A DNA stretch of 64,000 nt from Ruditapes philippinarum (GCF_026571515.1 NW_026863897.1:1-64000); one strand, 5' to 3'. Positions 38,901 through 53,160 are shown, counted from the first letter of the stretch. Notes: generated from the letters alone by a model not told the origin. Program-made: numbers and translations.

Positions 38901-41900
38901 TTCTAAAATCAGCGTTATGCTCTAAGACTGCACATATATCTGTATTCCTTTAAAAGAACTCCACTAATGCCAAAAAGTCAGACTTATAAAATTTGAACTA
39001 CCTCATGAACTGGGGCACATAAAACAGAAAGAAATATAAAAATAACAAAGGAATATATACAGAGCTAAATTGAAAATCGTTTATTTGAAAAATCCTTTGC
39101 ATTATTTGAGCTAAAAGCGTTAAACGCCTTTTTACAGTTTTCACAATTAGAATTATCATTCCGGGAAGAATTTTACACACAAGTTACTGCAACTGACCTA
39201 CATATGACTTCATATAGTACGTAAATCTCAAAACAAAATATTTCGGCATTTAGAGTCCCTTCTGCTTCTACATGCATTGTAAATGGAGTTGAAATCCATT
39301 TTAAGAATTCTGAAGAGCTATAAAAATTGCAACAAGGACAATTAGCGATAAAGAAGCAGACTCAATTTTCGTTGCATCGACCGAAAATTTGTCATACTCA
39401 GGAACGTTTTATTATGTTAGTTCAGATAATCATTAAAACATGTTTTATAAGACACTAATACACTGGTTTGTCAAAATTTTCTTTCCCAGTATATATACTG
39501 ATATAACGCTGAAATTGTCCGACCAATGTCACACGCTTACGAGTTGCGGATATGATGTATAAGTAAATCTAAATGACTAGGGCTGCAATAGGATTTTTGA
39601 TACCCTCATAAACAAAATATTTTATTTACATGTCCAAGTTGTTTTTAAGTAATTGGAGCAAGTTGAAGTATTTACTCCGATTCTTTATATCTAACATAGT
39701 TTATTTGTTAAAATAAATTATTCATAATGTCTTCATTTACACAATAAATTGCATAGATATACATACAACATTTCCTGTTTATTATTTATTGATGTACCCC
39801 AGCAAAAACGTTTGTATATCAAAGGAAATTTTAAGAATTTGCCTTTGACTACTTATTTTTACTATTTATAAAAATACATGTTAATAAAACGGATTGAGTG
39901 GGAAGCTTAAAAACCCTTTTGAAAATATATTTTCGTAACAAACTTAGCTATTTAGGGCTATCATAAAAGTGAATACCATATTTGTTCTTTACGACAAGTC
40001 ATGTGAATTCAAACTCTTTGAAAAATGAATTATCACCTGCAGACGATTGTCTAAAAAAATCGTCGAACGATCAAAAATATGAATTGCTAATATTCATATT
40101 TCTTTTTCTTCTGATGTTGGATTTTATCTCATATTTAATTGATTTACTATCAATGTACACGGAGTTTGCCGTCAATTTTTGAAACCGGACTTAAATTCTA
40201 CAAACGTGAGCTCATATAATTCCAAGCTGATAAAAACTGAATTTCTTTACCCATTTGTACATAATTCTGATCCTAACATATCATATCAGTCTATACGGCT
40301 CACGCTGAGGAATTCGAAATACAAATACAGTACAGACATCAAAAGCAGCAACATAAAGAACCCCGCTGTGTGATGTGGCGAAAGGCTTCCGTTTAAGTAT
40401 GATGAAATCACCCTTACAGTGATACATTCTAGATATTTCAGTCCTTTAACTACGGTGATAGCGATAAAACATACTAACTAGTATATTTAATATAAATGAG
40501 AGACAAGAACATATAAATTTATATTGAAATACCTAATTAGAAACTATCAAATATACAGTATGTCAAATGCCAAAAACGTACACGGAAGTACAATCTATAA
40601 CACTGACTGATAAAAACAGAATCCCCGCGAATATTGGATCACTTAATATGTTTATTTTCCTATATGAGTTTATTCATTTATCTTAAGTTTCATACAAATA
40701 AGAATTCCACGTAAGACTCTTTTTTATGCGATGTAGATGTAAAAGTGTAAGCGATATTTAAGCTTCTCTTATCTTAAGACAATAACATTTAAAGCATCAG
40801 GTTATAACTTAAATACTCAGAGACTATGATACTACAAACAGACTATGATACTACAAACAAAAACAACTTTTAATGGAAGGCAGAAGTTGATACTCGCATT
40901 ATGTCCAGACATTTTCCATTTTAATCCTCTAATTATATAAAAAACTTTCCATACCTATGTGACTCCAATACATAGTACTAACAAGTATAAAATTCACATA
41001 TGTAAATGATTAAACTCCTAAAATTCACCAATTCATAGAATACTTGTAAATACAGTAAGAAGATTATCAAAAACATTTTAAAAGATAGTCCAACAGTGGA
41101 CCAACATTCCGAAATAGATTGTAAGAGACTTTGGACAAATAGAATTACTTGTTTCCCAAGCTTTTTATGTACATGCTTACTTATATGTTAAGCATACAGT
41201 AAGTACTTACATGACTAAAGACCGGGCAATAGCAGTAATTATATCAATGAGCAAAAGGTAAATGGAATCATATACAAATATCAATCGATATATTCGAAAT
41301 TTCATTCAAAGAACTAAGAAAGGTATTCAGTTTGTTAAGACGAAGCTGATAGGTGTCTTCTCAATCCTGAGAAAAAAGATTATTAAGATTTATTGTTCAG
41401 AATATTTATGATAAATGTTTTTAAAAAATAAATCAAAAACCTACACTGCCACCAAAATTTAAATATTTTTTAACAATGTGGTTTGATGTATGATTTTTAA
41501 TTAAAAAGGAAACATACACCAAGGTTTTATATGATTTGGATTTCTTTTTTTTGGAGGAAGAACGAACAAAATATTTCACATCATTACTAAAAACATGAAA
41601 CCAAATGTTAAAGATTGAAATTAAATTTGTTATAATTTGTTAAATGATCAAGTAAATCACAAAGAAAATAAGAAGTAATATATCACATGTGAATTCAAAT
41701 CCCTAATAAATATATCGTTAACACAAATGGGTGTTTCATTTCAATCTTTCTTTTCATTTTTTTGCGTTTTATATATGTATGGATAAACTATGTCACACGG
41801 ACAAAATATCGTTTTTGAAAAATAGCAAAGATTCGGAGCAGTTATGATAATCTATTGATCATTTGGTTATGTACCAATAAATTCAACTATTTCATCTTTT

Positions 41901-43078
41901 TAAAGTTACAGGCCACCAGATAAGTAAACATATTTCAAGAAAATAAAATTACAGAAAACTGTATTAAGATTTTTAAAAAAGTAAAATGATTCAAATTTCA
42001 AGTGATAATTTACATATTATGTGCATTTAAAGATTGATTTTGCAGTATTTATAACCATATTTCTACTGCGTGACTTACGTAGTAAGGACTGTTTTGCGTT
42101 TTGGTAATTTTGGTAATTTAAGTGGATTGTAAGTGCCGATTTCAATGTGTAAATCAATATCTTTGTTCCCTTAACAATATATTACTTTTTAATACATTGT
42201 CAAAATTTTCATGATAACTTACATAAATATCTTTGATATGTGCTGCTTAAAGATATTTTATAATGTTAACGCGAAACTTATAATTATTTTGTATTTTATG
42301 AAATATTTAGATCTACATTAAAAGAAGTATAAGAAGTATAAACTACATTTGAAAATGGACTCTATGTTGAATGTAATGTACAGTTAGAACTAGTTTTCTT
42401 TTTTTGTTCATTTATCAGTGTCGTTTGATGTGAAGAACATTTGTCTGTTAATATATTTAAAAACATATTGATCAATTTACCTAATGTTTGGAATAATCTA
42501 ACTGTAATGAATCGTTTGTTTAAATGGTTTTCATTTAAAATAATTAGCAAAAATTCTTTGCTTAATGAATTTGGAAAAATGAAGAATTTCATTACAAAAC
42601 GTTATCATAAAAGTATTTCACGGTTGTTCAAATGATATTTTGTGTGTTTTGTATCTTTATTCTGTATGTTGCCTCCTTATCATGTTCATATTATTACATT
42701 TTAGTTTAAAAGAGATTTAATCTTTTAAAGTTGTTTTTAGACATTGAACGCATATATCATTTCATACACCATGAAAACATATAAATATAAATTATTATAT
42801 TTTGAAATTATAATACAGCACCCTACTAAGAACAATTATTAGTTATTACTTCTGTAAGCGTTAGTATTATATGTCAATATATCAGGCATTATTATTTCAT
42901 CTACATGAAACGTAGGTTTGTACTAGTCTGAATTTAATGATCTTCGCTTACGCAAATCATAATTTAAATTTGTTGCTGATTTTAGATAGTTTTGCGCCGA
43001 TTGGAATAAATGTAAATGAATGTAAATGGTTAATTTTAATTAATGAAAAAGCGCAGGACTTTTGTCAACAATTCTTAC

Positions 43079-43598
43079 CTGGCCATTGAGCTTTCCATTG
43101 TGCTGCGTGAGATTTTGTTGTTTTCATCCATGGAAACTGTAAATTAGAGTTCGGACTTTTTTGAGGACTATGTAACCCACCGTCGTCTACATCCGGGGAC
43201 ATCTGAGCTGTGTTCTGTGGTTGGTGTGCCGGCGGAGGAGTCGAAAGCTGCATCTGCGGAACTGCCATCGGATGATGAGCACTTTGAACACTTTGCATAT
43301 GTGCCGGAGTCGTGTTGGCCATTTGTGACTGTGCTACCCCTGGATTCATGTGTTGTAGAGCCTGTTGTTGTATTCCATGATTGTGTGATATTTGCTGAGC
43401 GTTTTGACTAATTCCATGAAGTCCTTGTTCCACCACGGACATGGGTTGCCCACCATACCCGCCATTCCCGGTGTTTCTGGCATACACGCAAGCCGGCTGC
43501 GATGAATGATAAGCACCACTGACGGCACTATAACTGTTGTCATGTGCATATTGCATAGGTTGATTATAATATGCACTCGCGCCTTCCATTTGTAACAT
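43079..43598 (-). CDS. Xlox: Xlox/Pdx ParaHox homeobox gene, coding exon 1 (N-terminal activation region and hexapeptide)
   Basis: ORF MLQMEGASAYY...PACVY...LQFPWMKTTKSHAAQWKAQWP. FPWMKxTKxHA..WKxQW is the Pdx/Xlox hexapeptide context. Ends at a phase-1 donor CCAG|GTAAGA (intron starts at 43078). Start could be Met 43598 or Met 43589. Confidence 0.95.
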
Positions 43599-43981
43599 TT
43601 ATACTTTAGTAAGAAATAACCCTTAGAATTAAAACACTTATATTAAAAATCTTTCCGATTTAATAGCAAGTAAATCATAAGAGTAATAAATCTTACGTTG
43701 AGACATTCACTTTGCTAGGATGTTAATCATTTTCAAACATGAAAGAATGTTAATTTGTACACTCTTTTCAACACTATCTTAATTTTGTCCTGTCTTCTTA
43801 ATATTGATTTTAAACAAAATGATTCTTTAACGCTACACTATCAATACAAAATTTATCCAATCATACTTTCTCCTTGAAAAAGATATTACATTCCTCCAGT
43901 CTTAAGCTTGCCGGTGATTGCTTAAAACACCAAAACCTCTTTGCTTGTTCCGTCCCAAAACAGTAACCCTTGACCCTAATG

Positions 43982-44362
43982 TTTATAAATCTGACTCATT
44001 TTGAAATTTAAATCTTAAAATATCAGCAGATACCTACAGGCACATTAAGCGCATATCACTTCTGTAACGGTAGACCATTTGTTTAAACTGTCCTCATTTG
44101 GTTAGAGGGACTACCGCTGTATTTATCGCCGCTGGACTTGTTTGGTTTCTGATAATTTGACAGTTATCAGATAAGCTTTAAATAGGCATGCGGGTGACTG
44201 TCCACTTTCCCTTCGGTCAGCGTGTGTCTTTGACTAATGTGCAGGAAAATTAATTACACGCCGAACATATCCTTACGTCTTAAGTTGTAGCGTAAGGATA
44301 TATAATGTTTGTTCACCTTGTTTTTATTAATTAATGGCAAATGTAAACACACTGTTATCAGA
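43982..44362 (-). promoter_or_regulatory. Putative Xlox promoter and proximal enhancer
   Basis: TATAAA on minus (43982-43987), about 385 bp upstream of the ATG; AP-1 TGACTCA 43992-43998; GATA triplet with TGACAG at 44148-44175; AATTAATTA near 44248; Fox motifs TGTTTGT (~44307) and GTAAACA (~44343). Confidence 0.5.
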
Positions 44363-47300
44363 CGACTCGTTCGTTACTAGTTTAAAATGATATTGTATAG
44401 ATTTAGTTAAAGTATGTTGAAATAGAAGCATTTCTGAAATAAATGAAAATTCATAAGAAAGAAATACATATAACACATTTATGATTCTAAATAAAAGTTA
44501 ATGCAAATGCTGATAAAATGAAGATGTCTCTTATTAAACACATGTACATAAACTCGTTTTATATGAAAATACCCATATACATGTATATTGGCGAATTAAA
44601 CTGTTGCAGTTATTGAAGAGAACAAGTTGTGGAAAATCATTTTACTTTTTAGAATTCTTTTTTTTATTAATTATAAAAATAATGTTTTAACAATCAAACA
44701 TCAAAATGAGGTTTCTAAGAGTTACATTTTGAAATAGCCAAAGTAATGGTAAAGATGAACCGCAACAATTTATCAAATATATCGGTTGTACAATCTACAT
44801 ATATTTATTCAGCAAAACAATTAAGCAAAAGCGTTCATTAAAACATTTAAATAAAAAGGTATATTGATTTAAACCCCTATAAAAGAAATATTCCACTAGA
44901 AGCCACGTGCAGTAGCTTCAGTCGGAATAACCACATAATATCAAATTCGGATTTAGAACTAAGTAAAATAATACAAAACAAATATTGTATATTTGAGATT
45001 GCGTTTTCCTGACATTTGTCCCTCTACGTAATATCTGTTTATTTTATTTGCATACACGCGTTAAATATCAGACACGAGATAAATGTGGCAGAAGAAAAAT
45101 GCAATATCTTACGAGCTTCCTTTTTGTGTTTACTTTACAAATTCAAAATTAAAACTTTTTGGATTGCGAATCCGAAGCATACCAAATGTTTAGGGCAGAC
45201 AAGCAGAGACTATCAGCTTAGATGTCAGTGTATATCGTGGGTAAACATCAGCATAATAGCCCGGTAAATCTGAGTGTCAAAATATCGTCCCTTATCTTTT
45301 ATTCCTTTACAAACTTTTAAAACCTGCGCGCAACACTGGTATTGATTTAAAAGGGGTAGTGTTTGTACCGTGGCCAAATGCCCGCATCGCTAAGGTCCTT
45401 TTCTGTTTACAGATAAGCTTCGATACACGGCTGGCGGTTACAAAATTGGTATGTTCTTTGAAGACAAGTAAATCTAGGTGAGATTGAGAAAGAACCAAAG
45501 TGCGACCTTAATTGAAAACGGTGTCCGTTAAATATAAACATGACACTAAGCGCAAAACCTGGTCTAAATAAATGACATTACCAGAAAAAAGGTGATTTTA
45601 AAACGATATAAGTATCAATTTTAGATTTAACAGTCAATTGTTATTCAAATGATCGTTGTTGATTTATTAATGAAATCGGTAATTAAAATCTCGACTGGAT
45701 CATTTGTTATACATTTGTGTTACTGCTACATAAATGCAGCATCAGTTGGATTAAGATACATTTATAAAAAAATAAAATAAAATAAAAACGACTTCTGTGA
45801 TCTTATGGTTAGGGATTAGGATATTGAGATAACAAAGTATGAGGAAAATGTTGTTTTTCAAAAATTACACAACCAGAAGATTGTAATCTCCCACTCAAAG
45901 ACATTATATATATCCTACTTCAAAATTTCCTTTGCAATACAAATGGCGAAAACTATCTTAATCTCGTGTAATCTCGTGTAATCTCGAAATCTTACATTCG
46001 CCTTTGTACATTAGTAAGTGTTTATCTGTAAGGATTCAAACAATTCTATGTTTGTACCGAATAAGGGGCATAACATTCATTAAATCAAAAGATGAAAATT
46101 TTATCGTCTGACCTTAAGGTCATGTTTCTTTAAACACGTGACGTCATTTATTAGGGAACGTTTGATTTAGTCAGCTATTAATTACGTGTCTATGAAAGCG
46201 CATCAATCCGCTTAAAAATTAAATACCGAAGTGAATCGCGAGTTGCAGCGGTAAACGAAATGTCCTACTGGGTATAAACAATTGGATAGCACGCTAACGA
46301 ATATCTTGTTAAGTCATTATTAAACTACATGCGATCCAAAAAATTATTTTGGCAAAACTTTGAAATCCCATCTGAAATCCGTCAAAACTTGCTCTTTAAA
46401 TATTAAGTGTATAAGCTATTGTTTAGATAATGTTGTTCAAAACTGCTAAACGTAAAAGAAATTTTAAGTTATCAAATCAAGCGAAAAAATAATGTTTCAT
46501 CGTTTAGCGTAAAGAGAAACGAAATTCAACTTTAAACCTTTATACATTGGTTATTAAAAACATCGTTAAAAGAAGCTCATATGATACAAGATTACATATA
46601 CTCCATTATTTTATTGTATAATATGTGAAATAATATGGCTATAAACGTTATACCATTTAATGCCTAATAAAACATCCGGCAATATTGATGGTAGTTGAAA
46701 CAGTAGAAGCTAAAAAATGATACTTAAAATTAGTGTAATTTTCAAACAAATTCATGAATAATTTTCATTCAAAAATCTGATAAAACAGACCATGTGTGAA
46801 AAAAGCCATTGTCTTTTATTTTTTGGCAGAAGTTAAGACCCGATAGTTACACTCGGCTAATTTAGAAAATGAAAAAATAGAAGGTGATAAAATACTGACT
46901 GATTCCCACATATTACTCTTACTCGTAACAATGAGTAGGCAAATAAAGTTACAACAAAAATAATTAAATATTTCACATGGAGTAGGTAAGTCTAATAACA
47001 ACCGAAATAATTAAATGTTTTACCCACTTCAAAAAAGCAAACAAGGCTAGCGTAGTGCAGTTTAAATACCATGTTAACTATTAAATAACCCAGGTACATA
47101 TCGTGTATAAAGAAATATTTTGATCCATGTGGATAAAATCCCTGAAAGAGACGCAACTAGTAAGCGCCATTTTAAATCTTCCTAGCTAAATAGATTGACT
47201 CTGACATACCGCTCTAATCTACGCTGATTTGGTAAAGAAGACCCGCCATAAAGAACTAATTTATTACGGACAAATCCAAGTTTGAAGTTTGTATATCATT

Positions 47301-50300
47301 TAGTGGTATTTTCTTCGGATAATGTGTTAAAATATCAAAATAATCGGACTAGCAAACGTGTTTAATACTTCATTTAAGTGTCTGTGTGTTTGTTTGTTGG
47401 CCAATAAACGGTACTTACACTGTTTTCATATTGATTTTATATTTTAACATCTGGCCAGAGAGATTATTGGTTTATATCAATTATGAAGAAATAAAACACT
47501 CATTCCATACAAAAATATTTTGATTTTAATTATTTTATTTCACAATAAATTATAAGACCTATAAGCTATGAAAGTTACAATGCAAAAAAGAAAGCAATAA
47601 AATTAAGCCTAATCTATATGTTTTTCTTTTATTCACAAATGAAATACGTATATACAATTTGACATCCATTTGAGATCTATGTTATACAACTGCAACACAG
47701 ACATACAAAACAACAACAACAACAACATTAACAGCAACAAAACATCAAAATGCTCTTAAGACTTGAAAATATCTAAAAAAAAAATAAGTATTTCACATTT
47801 ATCTTCTTGTATTGATACATGATAGTATTGATACATATGATAGTATTGATACATGATCTCAAATTCTATTTTAAAATGTTTTAATACGTCAAATTTAATT
47901 GACCAATTTCTACCATAAAAAGTAGGCTAAATAATATATGAATTTACTAAACGGTATAATGGCTAAAATTGGTCATAACTTATAAAACACTTTAAATTAT
48001 TTCATTGCTTTAATGTGATTTCTTTATTTATCATATGCCATTTACCCTATGCTCGTAAAACAGAAATAGATTTTTAAATAAAACAAAATTTATTTCAAAG
48101 TTTTGATCCTTTTTGAAATCTAGTTTTTGGTATTGTCACTTGGCAAAGCGATGCCAACATACAAAAATAACTAATTTAACGATGGGGGTCTTGAATAGAG
48201 TAAATGTGTAAATTATTCAAATATCAAAATATAAAACTGCGTTATTTGATCTTTATAAGTCAATTAAATGCTGTATTTTTGAATGTCCGTTTTGAGATCC
48301 ATTTGGAGATCCGCTTGAATCCAGTTTACAAATATTGTGTTGTTTATAATGTATGAATTATATTTTGAAATTCTTTTACCAACTTATCCAGACCACATCT
48401 TGTGACAATGCTATCGGTATTAAAGGAAGTAAAATGAGAAATAAGATTTTTTCTGGAAACAGGCCGTTTCTGTGGTATTGCAATTGGTTGCATTGGTAGT
48501 TTTCGCTCCGGATCACGGCATTAACCAGAGCACAGTTAAGCCACCTCATTTTGTTTCATCCCTTTCCCCATATGTAGGATTTGGTTCCCTGGACTGTCAA
48601 ATCAAAATTATTAAGAATACCACATTATCCAATGCTAAAAATGTATGTAACATAATTATGCTTTCGTTTATTTAAATATTTTTTATATTCATAATAATGA
48701 TATTTCTCTTACTAAATGCACCTACCTGCATAATTATTTAAAGGGATTCTCATTTTATGATAATCACATCGAACATAGGAATTAATTTAGATTCTTGAAG
48801 ATCTTTATCAATGTGACGTCTTTTTATATATATTTGTACCGCTATTTTCTTTCTTGTTAAACATAACACCTTATAAGGCTATATCGAAGAAAGATGGCTT
48901 CAGTGTTTTTTAGTTACTGTCGTTACTAATTTCTGATATGTACTTGTTTTGTTATGAGCCATTAACAACGACAACAGCATTAAAAATAAATAAGAAAGAA
49001 CTTGTTACTTTAATTGAACACAAAATCATTTCGTTTCAGGCCAAGATACTTGATTTCTGAGTGTCAACTATATTGTTAATACATTTAATTGCGGAACTAA
49101 TATAAAATTATACATTTTAAATATTAACACTCAAGTTCTATTTTCTCCCTAAAACGTTGTATCCAGAGCAATTTAAAATTCTTTATCATGGACACACGCG
49201 ACAAATCGTTCAGTAAAAGCAGTGAAGACTTTCTTGTCTTGATCTTTAAAACAATTTATTATTGAATCGGATATTAGCAGCAAATCACACTTAATTGAAT
49301 CATGGTCCCGTATCATACGGTCAATAAGCAAATAAATGGTTGTTGTCGATGCGTATAACGGCCCGTATGCATATTTATATCGAATTAATCTCTATTCCAA
49401 AGGAATTAATCTCCGCCACTTGAAAGTCCCGGCAGAAATTAAGATTTATGTTAAGAATCGTACATAAATTAGGCTTTATTGACAACGAGTCTTATGGTAT
49501 TTGTAGTTTATTTGTATCTACTTGAATTAAGTAAACTCGTTTCTATTAAATCATTCTAGTGAATAAACTGTCTGACATGCGCTTTCTAAAATTTAGAAAA
49601 TTACACGTGTGTGATTTAACCTTTGAAGTTTTAAGTCCTAAAAGAAAGTTTTTTGCTCATATTGCTGTAAATTTGCTCTCTTCAACTACATGCTTGTTTA
49701 ACAATACTACAGTTTTTATTGCGGTTGTAAAATCTGCTTCAAACTATAGAATTGTTTGACAAATTTATAAACATTAAATAATGTAGTAAAAACAGTTAAC
49801 ATGTATTTGTACAAAACAAATTTAGAAGACCAGAAAAAGAAAATGCCATGGTTTAGATAATTCATAAATGAAAAAATTAAAAAGTAATTATCTATTGTCA
49901 ATCTTTTCCATCGTCTTACGAACTAATAAATTAAGAGCAGGTACACGCAAATGCAAAAAACAGACCGCGTTGTGTGCAATTTGAACGCACACAAATTCTG
50001 TGTAACAGCGATTCTGCCATTTCTCCAAAGAATCAATATAGTTAATACACTTGATCAACAGCAACATTAAGGACCTACTATAAATTGGAAGGAAAGCATA
50101 ATATTATTTTGTAAAATGCATAGTATTTATTGAATAATTAATGTAACTATGTTCAAATGTTGTTTTGCTTCGTTTTTTTAATCATAAATATATGGAAATG
50201 AAAAAAGGGAAACTTCCAGAAACTATATATAGATTTTTATTTGGTATTTTGATAAAAAATTTCTTTTATCTGTTTCCCGTTTGACTCATTTTCTTACCAT

Positions 50301-51038
50301 ATTTAGTGTTTTTCAAAAAATTCACTTCTACATCTGTAAAGGCAAATCCATATAATTTTATGTATATTTTGATGTTAAAATGTTATCAAGTATCAAACTA
50401 TATATTTGTGATACAGTTTCATATAACTTATAATTTATATTAACATTTAGTTCAAATACAGAAATGAATAAAGAATAATTAAGTTAACAGTGCCAAAAGG
50501 ATGTTTATATTTCCTGTTCATTTACAGCAGAGAATCATCTATGTCTTATTTCTTCACAATTTTAATACATTACTGTTATTGTATTTGTATACTTTGGGAA
50601 GATGCACTGCAAGAAGGAAAACTGCAATGCGATTATATGAAGTAAATTTTTCTTTAACTTTAGGCAAATTCTTTTAATTAAACTGTAACAAGTTCAAATT
50701 GTTGTCAAAATACCTGCTTATACAAGAACACCTGTGTCCATTTGCTATCATAAAAACATATTTTGGTTGCCTGTAGTTACTTTTGACAAACTCGTTTTGA
50801 TTTATTTCTAAAATATTACTAAACATAACATCTGCAGCTATAGTATCCATACAATATTCACACAAATGTACACACATCTTGATTTCTGGTTGTTCAAACC
50901 AAAATTTAGTTATTTGATAATATCAAAGAACGTTTCTTTTTTTCCAAACGTAAATAGCTTTTTCTTGATATTTAATATGTTAATATTATTTGATAGTTTA
51001 CTATATACTGGTAACTTACAATTCTGACACCAGTAGGG

Positions 51039-51280
51039 AAAAGACCAAATGCTTTTGTACATGAAATTTAGTTGAACTTTAAACAATGTGAACAATCTAT
51101 TTTTAAGAATTAACAAAAGCAGTTTTTTCACCTAAAGACTCTGCTTAAGTGGTAATTTAAATTGGTATGTTTGTCAGTTGAAAATGAACTAGCAATTCCG
51201 GTTTAACTTATGTTTAATTTATTGACACCGGTTGGTTATTATTTTAGTTTGACTTGTATTAAATGAAGCAAAAATGAAAC
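51039..51280. repeat. Local duplication, second copy at about 53811-54050
   Basis: AAAAGACCAAATGC..TTTTGTACATGAAATTTAGTTGAA...TTTTTCACCTAAAG...TAGCAATTCCGGTTTA is shared; produces the twin MKKLLLLILK ORFs. Confidence 0.85.
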
Positions 51281-52923
51281 AAATAATTAGGAAGTATGAA
51301 ATTGAATCAAGAATTATCGCTTTTTCACTTTTTTATTATTCTTGAAAGTATTTTGGTAAGATACACTGAACTTAATTTCCACGTAAGTTATATACAAGAA
51401 GTCAAGTTTAGTTGTGTATAAATCTTATGTTCCACTCCAGCATTCTTTGAGTAAATTGCTTTAATACATTTCACTTGTATTTTGAGCCACCAACAAAACA
51501 TGTAGATGCTGTGTCAGTATGAAAAGGTACTTAATTTTTACATCAAGAGGACGATATTTGTAACATATTAACACAATTATTTGAATAAAGCCTTTTTAAT
51601 TAACGATTTAAAGTGTACTGTATACATATGACTTTAAAAATCTACATAATTTATGAACCTTTACAATTGTCAATAATAAAAATACACTGTAGTGCATAAA
51701 TATGATATATATAAAGAACTAAAATTGAAACATGTCTTGGCTCATATGCTCAAAACCTTAGTATTATGTAATACATTGTTACGTTAAGTTATATAATGCT
51801 CAAATCTGATATTTGAAAATACTGATAATTGCTATACAGTCTTGCAGAGGTGTGCTGCGTTTTTTACTATACACACAATATATAAGAACAATATAAAAAC
51901 ATAGTGTCATTAACATAACTGGCAGACTTTTTTTTAAGAAATGACCAAATTAATATGACCAGTAATAGAAAATATACCTTCCAAAACATAGGATTTGCGT
52001 TCTCTGATTTTTTAATTATACATATGCGATAAGAATTTACTGGATTGCAATAGAAGTATTTGACCAAAAGACGAGAATAATATCTTTGATTAGAGGTTCA
52101 ATCGTGACTATTACGGGTGTATCTCTTATATATGTATATAGTTTCAGTTCTGTATATTGTACGTGCAGTTAAATGGTTTAATACAGCGTCGCAAGTATTT
52201 TCCGCATCTGTTCGTTTTACAGCGACATTAAATTTACGTGGTGTCAGACCGTGAAATTTACATTAACTTCATTGTATAATAAATTGAATAATGTAACTTT
52301 ATTCAATATGAGGCGGTTTAAACTAAATTACAGACTATCGAAAATTTGTTTTAACATAAACACCGATACGTATGCCCGTACCCAACGGGAATTTAACTCG
52401 GGCATGAAAAGTTAGAGAGGTAAACAGAATTATTTCCCCTGAACCTATTTAAGACATGATTTTCTTACAAAGATAGTAACTTCTTTAGATTTAACTTAAT
52501 ATTAATGTTAGTTTAGATACAGTTATTAACACTTTATCCAACAGACAAAATTATATAATACTTGTGAACTTAAAACTTGATATTACACGTTACGTTTTAA
52601 ATACATTAAAATTAAAGACTTGTCTTTAACAATATAAAACAAAATCATAAAAATTACATTTACCAATTTATTAAGAGAAATGTGTCATAAAAGATACCAA
52701 TATATTTTTTGGTCAATCTCGATGATTTTTTACACATTAATTACAAATGTGTCGTATCTTTTATAGCAATAAAATATGTATATAGTTTTCCAGATTCAGT
52801 TTTGATGTATTTATGGAGTTTTGTCAAACATTTAACCAGTTTGTGCAATAAAACCACGCCTGAATACAACACAGTTGTTAGATAGTAAAGCAAATCTCTT
52901 TTAAAGGTATCTATCATTATAAA

Positions 52924-53160
52924 TGAGCCGCGTCATGACAAAACCAACATAGTGTGTTTGCGACCAGCATGGATCCAGACCAGCCTGCGCATCCGCGCAG
53001 TCTGATCAGGATCCATGCTGTTCGCTATCAGTTTCTCTACTTGTAATATGGTTGGTAAGCAAACAGCATGGATCCTGATGAGACTGCGCGGATGCGCAGG
53101 CTGGTCTGGATCCATGCTGGTCGCAAACCCATTATGTTGGTTTTGTCATGACACGGCTCA
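52924..53160. mobile_element. Foldback MITE (about 100-bp near-perfect inverted arms)
   Basis: TGAGCCGCGTCATGACAAAACCAACATA...CAGCATGGATCCAGACCAGCCTGCGCATCCGCGCAGTCT mirrored by AGACTGCGCGGATGCGCAGGCTGGTCTGGATCCATGCTG...TTTTGTCATGACACGGCTCA. Confidence 0.92.

Larger units (their letters stand above)
17093..43078 (-). other. Xlox: Xlox intron (25,986 bp, phase 1, GT-AG)
   Basis: Lies between hexapeptide and homeodomain, the conserved intron position in ParaHox/Hox genes. Donor and acceptor give an in-frame [18 protein letters not shown] junction. Confidence 0.9.

Noticed and set aside
43065-43078. ORF-track C-terminus KNC* of Xlox exon 1
   Set aside because: Intronic sequence after the GTAAGA donor.
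52933-53115. 60-aa ORF MDPDQPAHPRSLIRIHA...
   Set aside because: Translation of the foldback MITE.
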